Assembly (NCBI GenBank): GCA_003136215.1
Contig: PLDO01000523.1
Span: 16,708-65,293, forward strand
Direction: 5' to 3'
Length of the DNA: 48,586 nt
DNA from: Bryobacterales bacterium
Lineage (GTDB): Bacteria; Acidobacteriota; Terriglobia; Bryobacterales; Bryobacteraceae
Shown: positions 31,447 through 40,333 of the stretch, piece by piece
Numbering within the stretch: the first letter of the stretch is position 1
How the letters are laid out: the number at the start of each line of letters is the position of its first letter
Program-made: the position numbers and the translations under genes
Notes under the pieces: generated by a model
Seen by the model: the letters and a program-made list of their open reading frames with translations, nothing else
Database searches by the model: none
Told to the model about the DNA's origin: nothing

Positions 31447-32510
31447 ACCTCGAATTCAGCCACCGCAAGATCAGCGGTCTGCTGGCTGTGGTCCCCGCCA
31501 ACGAACGCAGCTTCGTGGACGAGATGGCCAATTTCAATTCCCCGCCGGCTCGTTCCCTCAAGCTCATGAAGGTGATGGGCTACGATAAGCACCGCATCGT
31601 CGATGGCCCCGTCTGCGCCTCCGACCTGGCCTGTTTCGGCATGGAGCACCTTTTTGCCTCGGGCAAACTCGGCCGCGACGAGTGCGACGCCCTCGTCGTC
31701 GTTACGCAATCGCCGGACTATCTCATGCCACCGACCAGCTGCGTGATCCAGGGGCGGCTCGGCCTCAAACAGGATATGTTCTGCCTGGACATCAATCAGG
31801 GCTGCGCCGGCTTCCTCATCGGCCTGTTTCAGGCCTTCTCCCTGCTGGAACAGCCTGCGGTGCGCAAGGTGGCCCTGATCAACGTGGACGTGATGAGCCG
31901 GAAGACGTCGTCCAGGGACCGGAACAGCTATCCACTGATCGGCGATGCCGCATCCATCGCCATCGTGGAGCGCTCCATGGACGGAACTCCCATTCACGCC
32001 AGTCTGAAGATGGACGGAACGCGGCGCGAGGCACTCATGATTCCCGCCGGCGGCTTCCGCCTGCCCTGTTCGCCGGAAACCGCCGTCCTGGAGGACGATG
32101 GCGAGAACAACTTCCGCGCCAAGGACAACCTCCGCATGGACGGCACGGCAGTCTTCAACTTCGTGCAGGTGGAAGTGCCGCCGATGATTCGCGGCCTGCT
32201 CGAGACGGCGCAGGTCGAAATGGAGGCGGTGGATTACTTTCTGTTCCACCAGCCCAACCGCTTCATGCTCCAGAAGCTGGCGGACCAACTGAAAGTCCCC
32301 TACGAAAAGATGCCCAGCAATATCGTGGAGCACTACGGCAACTCCAGCGGGGTCACCATCCCGATGGCCATCGTCCACAACTTGCGGGAGCGGCTTCTGG
32401 CCGGATCCATCCACGCGTGCTTGGCCGGATTCGGCGTCGGCCTGACATGGTCGTCGATGCTGATGCGCCTGGGCCCGCTCGATTTCTGCGAGCTGATCGA
32501 CTACAAATAA
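31443..32510 (+). CDS. 3-oxoacyl-ACP synthase III (FabH-like KAS III)
   Basis: The track ORF is trimmed to the ATG at 31443 (ATGA overlap with the carrier protein stop). Catalytic triad context: NQGCAGFLIGL (Cys), FLFHQPN (His), YGNSSGVTIP (Asn). Confidence 0.9.
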   Translation: MNLEFSHRKISGLLAVVPANERSFVDEMANFNSPPARSLKLMKVMGYDKHRIVDGPVCASDLACFGMEHLFASGKLGRDECDALVVVTQSPDYLMPPTSCVIQGRLGLKQDMFCLDINQGCAGFLIGLFQAFSLLEQPAVRKVALINVDVMSRKTSSRDRNSYPLIGDAASIAIVERSMDGTPIHASLKMDGTRREALMIPAGGFRLPCSPETAVLEDDGENNFRAKDNLRMDGTAVFNFVQVEVPPMIRGLLETAQVEMEAVDYFLFHQPNRFMLQKLADQLKVPYEKMPSNIVEHYGNSSGVTIPMAIVHNLRERLLAGSIHACLAGFGVGLTWSSMLMRLGPLDFCELIDYK

Positions 32511-32519
32511 GGACTATCT

Positions 32520-32741
32520 ATGGAAGGCTTTTACGAGAAGATCGCAGAAATCCTGGAAGTGGATGCGGTCAATGGCTCCGATGTGTTGGCGGATTTTGAA
32601 GAGTGGGATTCCCTGTCCGTGCTTTCCGCAATCGCCATGATCGGTGCGGATTACGGCGTTAACCTGGCGGCCGCCGATCTCCGGGGCGTCGCCACCGCCC
32701 AGGCTCTGCGGGAGCTCGTCGCCGGCAGGCGCGGCAAGTAG
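32520..32741 (+). CDS. Carrier protein 2 (acyl carrier protein)
   Basis: AAGGA lies 7 nt upstream. 73 aa with an EEWDSLSVLS (DSL) motif. Confidence 0.85.
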   Translation: MEGFYEKIAEILEVDAVNGSDVLADFEEWDSLSVLSAIAMIGADYGVNLAAADLRGVATAQALRELVAGRRGK

Positions 32742-32745
32742 AGAA

Positions 32746-33501
32746 ATGGAACCCGCCGCCCCCTACACACTGGTTACGGGAGCCTCCTCCGGGCTCGGCC
32801 GTTGTGCGGCTGTCCGCCTTTCGGGAGAGCGCAACCTGATCCTGCACGGACGCAACTCTGAACGCCTGGAGCAAACGCTGGGGATGTGCCATCATCCCGA
32901 ACGTCACATCGTCTGGCCGTTCGATCTGAAGAACCCGGACGAACTCGCGGCTTCCCTCGCTCCGCTGCTCGCCGGGTCGGGCCGCTTCGTCGATGCCTTC
33001 GTGCATTGCGCCGGCATGGTGACGGTTCTCCCCATGCGCAGCGTGGACTACCGCACCGCGCAGGAGATCATGAACGTCAACTTTTTTTCCGCGGCGGAGA
33101 TCGTGCATTTGCTGCTGAAGAAAAAGGTCAACCACCAGCGGCTGACGAACATTCTGTTCATCTCCAGCATCTGGAGCCGGTTCGGCGCGCGGGGCCACAG
33201 CGCCTATTGCGCCAGCAAGGCGGCCCTGGATGGCCTGATGCGGGCACTGGCCGTGGAACTGGCGCCCGCTATACGGGTCAACTCCATCCTGCCCGGCGCC
33301 ATTCGAACGTCCATGGCCGCCCAGGGCTTCGATGATCCGTCCATCGTCGAAAAGCTCGAACGGGACTACCCGATGGGGACCGGGCAACCCGAGGATATCG
33401 CCGGCGCAATCGAGTTTGTCCTCTCCGGCAAGGCTCGCTGGCTGACCGGGCAGGAGATCGTGGTAGACGGCGGGCGAACCATCAATATGTCGCTGAAATA
33501 G
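32746..33501 (+). CDS. SDR-family oxidoreductase (FabG-like ketoacyl reductase)
   Basis: Trimmed to the ATG at 32746. Motifs are TLVTGASSGLG (TGxxxGxG), ISS and YCASKAAL (YxxxK), and PGAIRT. Confidence 0.9.
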   Translation: MEPAAPYTLVTGASSGLGRCAAVRLSGERNLILHGRNSERLEQTLGMCHHPERHIVWPFDLKNPDELAASLAPLLAGSGRFVDAFVHCAGMVTVLPMRSVDYRTAQEIMNVNFFSAAEIVHLLLKKKVNHQRLTNILFISSIWSRFGARGHSAYCASKAALDGLMRALAVELAPAIRVNSILPGAIRTSMAAQGFDDPSIVEKLERDYPMGTGQPEDIAGAIEFVLSGKARWLTGQEIVVDGGRTINMSLK

Positions 33502-33512
33502 AGGATCGGCAG

Positions 33513-34355
33513 ATGACGGATATTAGCCTGTTTCAACTCCAGGACGGTTCCTCGATCACCAGTTCGCACCTGCTTTCCCTCCTGGAAAAGGTCAAAGCGC
33601 AGGATGCCCGCGTGCTCTATATGCACACCGGCCTCACCTTCGGCGCGCCCAACCCGGGGCTCAGCCGCCAGGAACTGCTGGGACATCTTTATGACGTCGT
33701 TGCTTCGCTCGGGGTCCCCACGCTCCTGGTCCCGACGTTTACTTTCAGCTTCTGCAACGGCAACGACTACGGGGTGCAGACCTCGCGCTCGAAAATGGGC
33801 GCCCTCAACGAGTACATTCGCAAATTGCCGGGCGCAATCCGCTCCGTGGACCCGTTGATGTCTTCGGTGCTGATTGGGGAAGACCGCGATCTCGTCGAGA
33901 ACTTAGGGAAACATTCCATCGGCGCGAATTCCACCTTCGATAAGCTGCACCGCCGCGGCGCCGCGGTCAAGTTCCTGTTCGTCGGCACAACCGTGAGCGA
34001 ATGCTTCACTTACACTCACTACGTGGAGGAGCGTCTCGCCATACCCTACAGGTACAATCGCGATTTTACCGGCAGCATTACGGACGGAGATCGCTCTTGG
34101 GAAGACACCTACACTTTGTTTGTGCGCTACAAGGGAGTTATTCCCAGTTCCAGCGGGCTGCTGGAGAGCGACCTGCTGCGCCGTGGACTGCTGCGCAAGG
34201 TAGGCTGCGGCACAAGTTCCATCTCCTGCGTGGATGAGCCCGACGGGTACCAGACCATCGTGGAACACCTGCGGGAAAACGTCAGCTGCTATCTGGACGC
34301 CGACCCCGGCGACCGTAACACAGAATTCGCAGTATCTAACATGGTGGCGCTATGA
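33513..34355 (+). CDS. AAC(3)-family (Antibiotic_NAT, PF02522-like) N-acyltransferase
   Basis: VLYMHTGLTFG, LLVPTFTFSF and MGALNEYIRKLPGAIRSVDPLMS match the aminoglycoside 3-N-acetyltransferase fold pattern. In this context it is probably an amino-sugar N-acyltransferase. Confidence 0.8.
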   Translation: MTDISLFQLQDGSSITSSHLLSLLEKVKAQDARVLYMHTGLTFGAPNPGLSRQELLGHLYDVVASLGVPTLLVPTFTFSFCNGNDYGVQTSRSKMGALNEYIRKLPGAIRSVDPLMSSVLIGEDRDLVENLGKHSIGANSTFDKLHRRGAAVKFLFVGTTVSECFTYTHYVEERLAIPYRYNRDFTGSITDGDRSWEDTYTLFVRYKGVIPSSSGLLESDLLRRGLLRKVGCGTSSISCVDEPDGYQTIVEHLRENVSCYLDADPGDRNTEFAVSNMVAL

Positions 34356-35098
34356 AGATCGAGCGGATCTCAATCGATTCCCGGGTCCTGGGAGGAAACG
34401 TATTAGCCATTCAGGACTTTGACCCCGCCGCGGACTTCGCGGCATTTGAACGGGGCTACATCGCCGATTATGCGCCGGTGTACGTGTCCGCCAAAATCCC
34501 CCTGGAGCGGATCTCGCAGGTACACGCGCTCGAAAGTGCCGGTTTCCAACTGGCCGAGTGTCAGATCCGCTCGACGATCAAACTGCGCAAGTCCTACGAC
34601 GTCTCCACATTCCCTTACGATTTTGAACGGGTCGTCAGGGAAGAAGACCTCGGTGGGGTGCTCGATATCGCCGCCACGACGTTCGTGCACGACCGCTTCA
34701 CCGCAGATCGTGCCATCGACCCTGCCGCCTCCGGCGCGCGCTACCGGGGATATGTTCGACAGTCCTTCGTTTCGCCCGACGAAGCGGTCTACCGCCTGAT
34801 CGACCGTGAAGGCCGCACCCTTGCCTTCAAGACCCACCGGTATGTTAGCGGCACGGAGGTGCTTTTCCTTCTGGGCGGAGTACACGCGGACTACAAAAAC
34901 CTGGGCCTCGGCCTGATCAACGAGTACTTTGAGTTTAACGAACTCATCCGCAAAGGTATCCGGAAGGGGATTACACATATCTCGGCGGCCAACTATCCGG
35001 TCTTCAATCTTGAGATCGCCCAGTTGGGGTTTCGCGTACTTACCACGTTCGCAGTCATGCGAAAGACCTACAGTCGCGGCCTTGGGGGCAACGGTTGA
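34352..35098 (+). CDS. GNAT-like acyltransferase, WecD (dTDP-fucosamine acetyltransferase)-like
   Basis: ATGA overlap with the upstream gene. 248 aa; the two-domain layout and the HDRF...YRGYV / GLGLGLI region resemble WecD-type GNATs. Weak, from memory. Confidence 0.6.
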   Translation: MKIERISIDSRVLGGNVLAIQDFDPAADFAAFERGYIADYAPVYVSAKIPLERISQVHALESAGFQLAECQIRSTIKLRKSYDVSTFPYDFERVVREEDLGGVLDIAATTFVHDRFTADRAIDPAASGARYRGYVRQSFVSPDEAVYRLIDREGRTLAFKTHRYVSGTEVLFLLGGVHADYKNLGLGLINEYFEFNELIRKGIRKGITHISAANYPVFNLEIAQLGFRVLTTFAVMRKTYSRGLGGNG

Positions 35099-36924
35099 GG
35101 GAATCGCCGGCGCACCACACCGCTAAGTTGATCGCCTGCTCTCTATTCGTAGTCCTGTTCAGCGCGGTCACGGCGTACTATCGCGCTTTCGTCAGTCTGG
35201 CTACCTACGACGATGAAGGCACCATGATGTGGTCCGTGAAGCGCTTCTTCGAAGGGAGCCCGCTTTATAATCAGGTGGCCTCTATTTACGGCCCGGTGTA
35301 CTACTTCTATCAATGGTGCGCTCATGTCCTGACCGGTACGCCACTCTCGCATCATTCCGTTCGCCTGGTTTCGATTGCCTTCTGGGTGGCAGCCGCATTC
35401 ATCGTATTTCTGCTTGCGTATCGAGCTACCGGTTCGCTGCTGCTGGCGTCTTTCACGCACATCCTGGCGTTCCGTGCGATGGGATTTATCGGCGAAGAGC
35501 CGGCGCATCCTCAGGAGGCCGGCATTTTCCTGCTTGCGGCCCTGGGGCTTGCCTGTTTCGCCCGAAACCGCGCCTGGCGGGCAACCATGCTGGGGGCGCT
35601 GGCGGGCCTCGCGGTGTTAACCAAGGTCAATCTCGGAGTCTTCGTGATCGCCGCGGTCTCCACCGGCTTCGCATATGCCTTGCGTCCGAAATGGCTGCGC
35701 ACGGTTGCCTCCATCCTGGCGTCTTGCGGGATTCTGATGTTGCCGGTCCTCTTGATGTGGGGGCACCTGCCGGAGGGGTGGGCCGTGAAGTTCTGTGCCC
35801 TGGAGGTGATCTCGATCGCGTCCGCCATTCTGATTGTGTCCGGCGCCAGTGGGGATGTGCCCATCGGCTTGCGGGAACTCCTTGCCGCCGGTGCGGGCTT
35901 CGCGAGCGCCATTGCCGCTCTTTGCTGGTTTGCACTCGCGCATGGCAGCACCATCTCGGCAATGATCGACTGGACGATTATCAAGCCCCGGGCGAGCTTC
36001 GGCCAGAGTTGGTACCTGGAGCCCCACATCCGGCTTCTGGCGCCCCTATGGGCTCTGACGGCGCTGGTTCTGGCTTACTGTGCGCGGACGGGCCGCATCC
36101 CCGCGGCTTTTCTGGCCTTCGTCAAGGTGGGCTTCGCCGCTCTCGCGGTGGCGCTCTGCCTCACGGATCGCTATGAAGCGCTGATCAACTTCGGTCTTCC
36201 GCTTTTGTGGCTGATCGCCGTGCCTTCCGGCCATGCCGGCTCAGCCACGGAGGACCGCTCCGGCCGGGCCCTGCTGCTGTTAATGGCCGTCACACAGGTG
36301 CTGTACGCTTACCCGGTTGCGGGCGCCCAACTGCAATTTGCGGCGGTCCTGATGATCGCCGTAACCGCGATCTGCCTTTCGGATGGCCTGGCGTGGATTC
36401 GCAATTCCTGGTCCGGAGACAGGCCGTTCGTCCCGCGGACCGGGTGGGTGGCGTGGGGCGCCTGCCTGTTGCTCGGCGCGGCATACCTCGGTTTCGCGTG
36501 GCAGGCGGAAAGCACTTACGCGGGCTTCCAACCACTCGGATTTTCGGGAACCCGATCCATGCGCATTGAACCCGAGAGGGCGGCGCCTCTTCGCGCTCTC
36601 GTCGCTAAAGTGAACGCCAGCGGCTGCGGCACACTGATCACGGAGCCTGGCCTCTTCAGCTTCAACCTGTTCACCGGCAAGCCGGCCCCCACGGGCTTGA
36701 ACAACGGAGCGTGGATGGTATCTCTCAGCGCCGCCGAGCAGGAGAGCATCGTGCGCGAGGTAGCTCAGGATCCCGATGTATGCGTCATTCTGCGGCAGGA
36801 TATGGTGGATCAATGGACGCGCCGCGTGGACGTCTCTTCCCAACCTCTGGTACGCTACATCCGCGAGAATTTCCGCAGCGCACTCGAAATCCCGCACTAT
36901 TCATTCCTGGTCAGGAAGGACTGA
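35095..36924 (+). CDS. Polytopic membrane protein with a C-terminal soluble domain, GT-C (ArnT/PMT-like) glycosyltransferase candidate
   Basis: TTGA overlap with the upstream gene. About 12 hydrophobic segments span the first ~430 aa. An acidic motif (ATYDDEGTMMW) sits in the first loop, and the C-terminal ~170 aa are hydrophilic, which is the GT-C architecture. No homology search was done. Confidence 0.65.
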   Translation: MRESPAHHTAKLIACSLFVVLFSAVTAYYRAFVSLATYDDEGTMMWSVKRFFEGSPLYNQVASIYGPVYYFYQWCAHVLTGTPLSHHSVRLVSIAFWVAAAFIVFLLAYRATGSLLLASFTHILAFRAMGFIGEEPAHPQEAGIFLLAALGLACFARNRAWRATMLGALAGLAVLTKVNLGVFVIAAVSTGFAYALRPKWLRTVASILASCGILMLPVLLMWGHLPEGWAVKFCALEVISIASAILIVSGASGDVPIGLRELLAAGAGFASAIAALCWFALAHGSTISAMIDWTIIKPRASFGQSWYLEPHIRLLAPLWALTALVLAYCARTGRIPAAFLAFVKVGFAALAVALCLTDRYEALINFGLPLLWLIAVPSGHAGSATEDRSGRALLLLMAVTQVLYAYPVAGAQLQFAAVLMIAVTAICLSDGLAWIRNSWSGDRPFVPRTGWVAWGACLLLGAAYLGFAWQAESTYAGFQPLGFSGTRSMRIEPERAAPLRALVAKVNASGCGTLITEPGLFSFNLFTGKPAPTGLNNGAWMVSLSAAEQESIVREVAQDPDVCVILRQDMVDQWTRRVDVSSQPLVRYIRENFRSALEIPHYSFLVRKD

Positions 36925-36945
36925 TCCGGTTCTCCGCCGGCATCC

Positions 36946-38034
36946 CTAAAGGCCGCCCGTCACTAAGTGCCGAACACGAGTGCCCGCGCCCGCCGCCACC
37001 CTCGGACCCGCCGAGATGTATGTGCCGGGAGCGCTCTGGTTGCGGTACTCCGTGAGAATCCAGTCGGCGGATTCGGCCACCGCTGAGATACGCACTTCGT
37101 CGATGGCTCCAGGAAAGTGGGAAGTGCCGTTCGCGTACGCACCTATTCCCACCACGGGATTTATCGTTCCAAAGGTGGGGAGTCCCGTATGAGTTGAATC
37201 CAGTGCGCCATTCACGTAGAACGTCACGGATTTTGCCGTCAGATCGTAGACAAACGTGTACCAGTTCCATCCTCCGCCAGCGGTAGCGGCATAAATGCCT
37301 CCGTTCCAGTAAGTCCAAGCCCTCCCGCTGGTGTCGAAACTAATGCCCAAGTTTAACATTGCCGCGTCATCCCCGAAATAGATAGGGTGAGAGTCGGCCG
37401 GCGCGTTCGAAACTAACCACGCGGACACCGTAATTTGCCCCGTGATTGATATTCCGGTTGCAGGAGTGTTATAGTACCAGCCACCCGAAGAAGTGAAATC
37501 GGCGCAGCCCCCGACCTTGCCGGCAACTAAATTCGGCGCTCCACCTCCCGCCGTCAAGTTATTTACCCCGGTTGAGTCGGTCAGGCTGGTTGCACCAGCC
37601 ATATGCCAGATACCTTTGTAGTTGGCATTCCACACCGCCGATGCCGTGCTCTGAAAACTGCTAAACATACCGCCGTAGAACATTCCAATGGTGTCGTTGG
37701 TTGTGTGCGACAAGGTAGGCCGAAGTACGTGGGCGACGATTGCACCCGTCGTGGGGGAGTAAGACTCCATCTCCCACTTGAGCGCCGCCCCGGAGCCGGA
37801 GCAGTCGGCATAGAAGCCGATATCGTAACCGTTGGCGTTGTTCACCAGGCCTCCGTTGCCGGTGGTCCTCAAGTCCGCATCGGTCAGAATCACGGTCAAT
37901 GGGTAGTTCGTGAGGTCATTCGCGCCGGATACCATGGCGTGTTGCGTGGTCACCACTTTGCAGGAGCTATACCCGTTCGGGAAGGCCGCAATCGCCGGCA
38001 CTGCCAGTAGCGCCATCGCGAAGAGCGGCCTCAT
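36946..38034 (-). CDS. Secreted DUF2341 plus LamG/concanavalin-like domain protein
   Basis: Trimmed to the ATG at 38034 (MRPLFAMALLAVPAIAAF signal peptide). YPLTVILTD...GYDIGFY...LKWEMESY...VAHV...IGMFYG fits DUF2341. GAIDEVRISAVAESADWILTEYRNQ is typical of the LamG end. GC is visibly lower than in neighbours; two hand-counted 60-nt lines were 47% and 60%. Confidence 0.8.
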   Translation of the reverse strand: MRPLFAMALLAVPAIAAFPNGYSSCKVVTTQHAMVSGANDLTNYPLTVILTDADLRTTGNGGLVNNANGYDIGFYADCSGSGAALKWEMESYSPTTGAIVAHVLRPTLSHTTNDTIGMFYGGMFSSFQSTASAVWNANYKGIWHMAGATSLTDSTGVNNLTAGGGAPNLVAGKVGGCADFTSSGGWYYNTPATGISITGQITVSAWLVSNAPADSHPIYFGDDAAMLNLGISFDTSGRAWTYWNGGIYAATAGGGWNWYTFVYDLTAKSVTFYVNGALDSTHTGLPTFGTINPVVGIGAYANGTSHFPGAIDEVRISAVAESADWILTEYRNQSAPGTYISAGPRVAAGAGTRVRHLVTGGL

Positions 38035-38371
38035 CGCCCACGCTCCATCACGTGGCTTGGCCGCCGCCCGTGAGGCAACGGGCCGTTCTCCTTCGGCCCC
38101 GCCCGGGCGGCCGGAATCAAATCGATAATTTCCCGTGTGCGCGGAGCGATCTTCGTCTATCCGCGGACAGCGCCGATGGTCGCCCGAAGCCTCGCGAAAA
38201 CGCCTCAGTATGGTTCTATAGGACTTCATGATGGTTGACTCGTCTGACTGGCTGACCGGCTGCCAGTCCCTCTAAGCCGAGAATAGCTTGCCTACCCCGC
38301 GCCAAAATCCGGTGAGATCGGTCAAGTTATTGAGATCATTTGGCAAAATTAATTAAATGTTCGCGAAATGA

Positions 38372-38861
38372 CTGTTCCCAATACAGCCGCCCGCACGGTA
38401 TGTCACGAAGGGAAGTAGGACAGCGGGGGGTGCCCCGATCAACTCTTTCCACGGTGTCTGCTCCATGGAGGCGCTCGTGCATTGCGCGTACGATTTCATG
38501 CAACCCACGCCCGGAGCTTCGCTGGCCATAAACGTGGCCCGTGTATTTCTGCCGCGTAGAGGATGTCGCAACAGGGGTGGCCGGTCTCTGCCGCGGTCCG
38601 GCGCCCAATGGCGTGGTGACACTGGCATGCCCGGTCCCCGTCACCTTTAAAGCTTTCCTCCGCGGCATCGCAAAGAAAGACCGGATGTTCGTTATCCCGG
38701 TGCCCTACCAGCCCGTACTGTGGGGGCTGCGGATTGCGGAATCCCTCCATCTGCCCCTGAAGTTCCGCAGCGACAGCCTGATCGGACCCATGAACACCGA
38801 TCCCAGTCCGGATTTTTCCGCCTTTCGCGCTTGCGGTTTCCAGCCCCGGGCGTTCTTGTGA
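38372..38861 (+). pseudogene. Decayed remnant of an extended-SDR NAD-dependent epimerase/dehydratase
   Basis: Frame A (38372-38650) reads ...SMEALVHCAYDF....ASLAINV, an epimerase-like block. Frame B opens at 38532 and reads VYFCRVEDVATGV...VTFKAFLRGI...GFQPRAFL, an epimerase-like C-terminus. The GxxGxxG N-terminus and the YxxxK core are missing, and an AT-rich stretch lies at 38330-38370. Confidence 0.4.
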
Positions 38862-38865
38862 ACTC

Positions 38866-40020
38866 TCATCGGGCCGCCGCGCCACCGCACTCAAACTGCC
38901 GGACCGCGTCCACCACGTCCGCCTGATCCGCGTTGGAGAGGTCGTTATAGAACGGCAGACGTAAGATACAATCGCCGACCCGCTCGGTGACGGGAAACTG
39001 GCCGGGGCGTCCGCCGAATTCCACACCCATCGGGGAAAGATGGAGAGGGATATAGTGGAAGACGCTGAGGATTTCTCGCGATTTGAGGTGCTCGATCAGG
39101 CCCTGGCGGGCCGCCAGGGTGGGCATCACCAGGTAGAACATGTGATAAGCCTGCGCGCAATGCGGCGGCACGCAGGGCAGCCGCACGCCTTGTGCCTCGG
39201 CCCAGCCGGCGAGTTCCCGATTGTAGCATTCCCAGATCCGCTCTCGGGTAGCCGAAATCTGCTCGTACTTTTCCAGCTGCGCGCACAGAAACGCGGCCAG
39301 GATGTCCGACATCAGGTAGCTGGAACCAATATCGACCCACGTGTACTTGTCCACCTGGCCGCGATAAAACTTGCTTCGATTGGTCCCTTTCTCCCGCAGG
39401 ATCTCGGCGCGTTCCACCATGGCGGCGTCGTTGAGTACGATGGCGCCGCCTTCGCCGCAAATCACGTTCTTGGTTTCGTGAAAGCTTTGCGTCGCAATTG
39501 CGCCGAACGTCCCCAGGTAACGGCCTTTGTAGCGGGCGAAAAGACCGTGCGCGTTGTCCTCTACAACGGTGACGGCGTGCCGGCCGGCGATGTCCAGAAT
39601 TTCATCCATCTCGCATCCCACGCCCGCATAATGCACCGGAACGATGGCCTTCGTGCGAGGCGTGATCAACTCCTCGAGCCGCGATTCGTCCAGGTTCAGC
39701 GTGTCCGGGCGGATATCGATAAATACCGGCTTCGCTCCACGCAGCACGAACGCATTCACCGTCGAGACGAAGGTAAAGGACGGAAGGATCACCTCATCGC
39801 CGGGCTGGATGTCCAGGAGCAATGCCGCCATCTCCAGAGCGTGTGTGCAGGAAGTGGTGAGCAGGACTCGGGCAGCTCCCAGCGTCTCCTCCAGCATCGC
39901 GTGGCAGCGCCGTGTGAATGCGCCGTCGCCGGCCGCGTGGCCTTGCGTAATTGCGTCGGCTATGTAGCGCAGTTCGTTGCCCGTTAGCCCGGGCCGGTTG
40001 AATGGGATCCGATAAGGCAT
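38866..40020 (-). CDS. wecE: DegT/DnrJ/EryC1-family PLP aminotransferase, WecE-like (dTDP-4-keto-6-deoxyhexose 4-aminotransferase)
   Basis: The N-terminus IPFNRPGLTGNELRYIADAI, then TSCTHALEMAA, LPSFTFVSTVNAF and SFHETKN (PLP lysine), track E. coli WecE/RffA closely. Confidence 0.9.
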   Translation of the reverse strand: MPYRIPFNRPGLTGNELRYIADAITQGHAAGDGAFTRRCHAMLEETLGAARVLLTTSCTHALEMAALLLDIQPGDEVILPSFTFVSTVNAFVLRGAKPVFIDIRPDTLNLDESRLEELITPRTKAIVPVHYAGVGCEMDEILDIAGRHAVTVVEDNAHGLFARYKGRYLGTFGAIATQSFHETKNVICGEGGAIVLNDAAMVERAEILREKGTNRSKFYRGQVDKYTWVDIGSSYLMSDILAAFLCAQLEKYEQISATRERIWECYNRELAGWAEAQGVRLPCVPPHCAQAYHMFYLVMPTLAARQGLIEHLKSREILSVFHYIPLHLSPMGVEFGGRPGQFPVTERVGDCILRLPFYNDLSNADQADVVDAVRQFECGGAAAR

Positions 40021-40081
40021 AGCGGAATCGGGTTCTATGTCCGTCGCCTGGCGATGTGAACCACCGGTGACTCCGTAAGGT

Positions 40082-40158
40082 TGGTCGGGCTGCCGAGATT
40101 TGAACTCGGGACCTCTTGCACCCCAAGCAAGCGCGATACCAGGCTTCGCTACAGCCCG
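40082..40158 (-). tRNA. tRNA-Pro (anticodon GGG), CCA encoded
   Basis: Reverse strand: CGGGCTG-TA-GCGA-AGCCTGGTA-TCGC-G-CTTGC-TTGGGGT-GCAAG-AGGTC-CCGAG-TTCAAAT-CTCGG-CAGCCCG-A-CCA, 77 nt. C1:G72, A73 and G37 fit bacterial tRNA-Pro. Confidence 0.92.
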
Positions 40159-40333
40159 ATCCTATTCGGGAAGACACCCAGCGCATTTGGCCGCATTGCA
40201 GTTTGGGGTGGGCGGCGAATGCTTGCTGAGCTGATCTCAAGTTTATCACGGAATGAAAACCCATGCCGTATCGGCGTCATGTCAGCTTGCGCAGGTCGCT
40301 CGCCGGCAGGCTCAGCGCGTTCCTTGAGACTCG

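Noticed and set aside
38035-38229. 65-codon upstream extension of the DUF2341/LamG ORF
   Set aside because: The signal peptide begins at the internal ATG (38034), and the extension is Arg-rich with no features.
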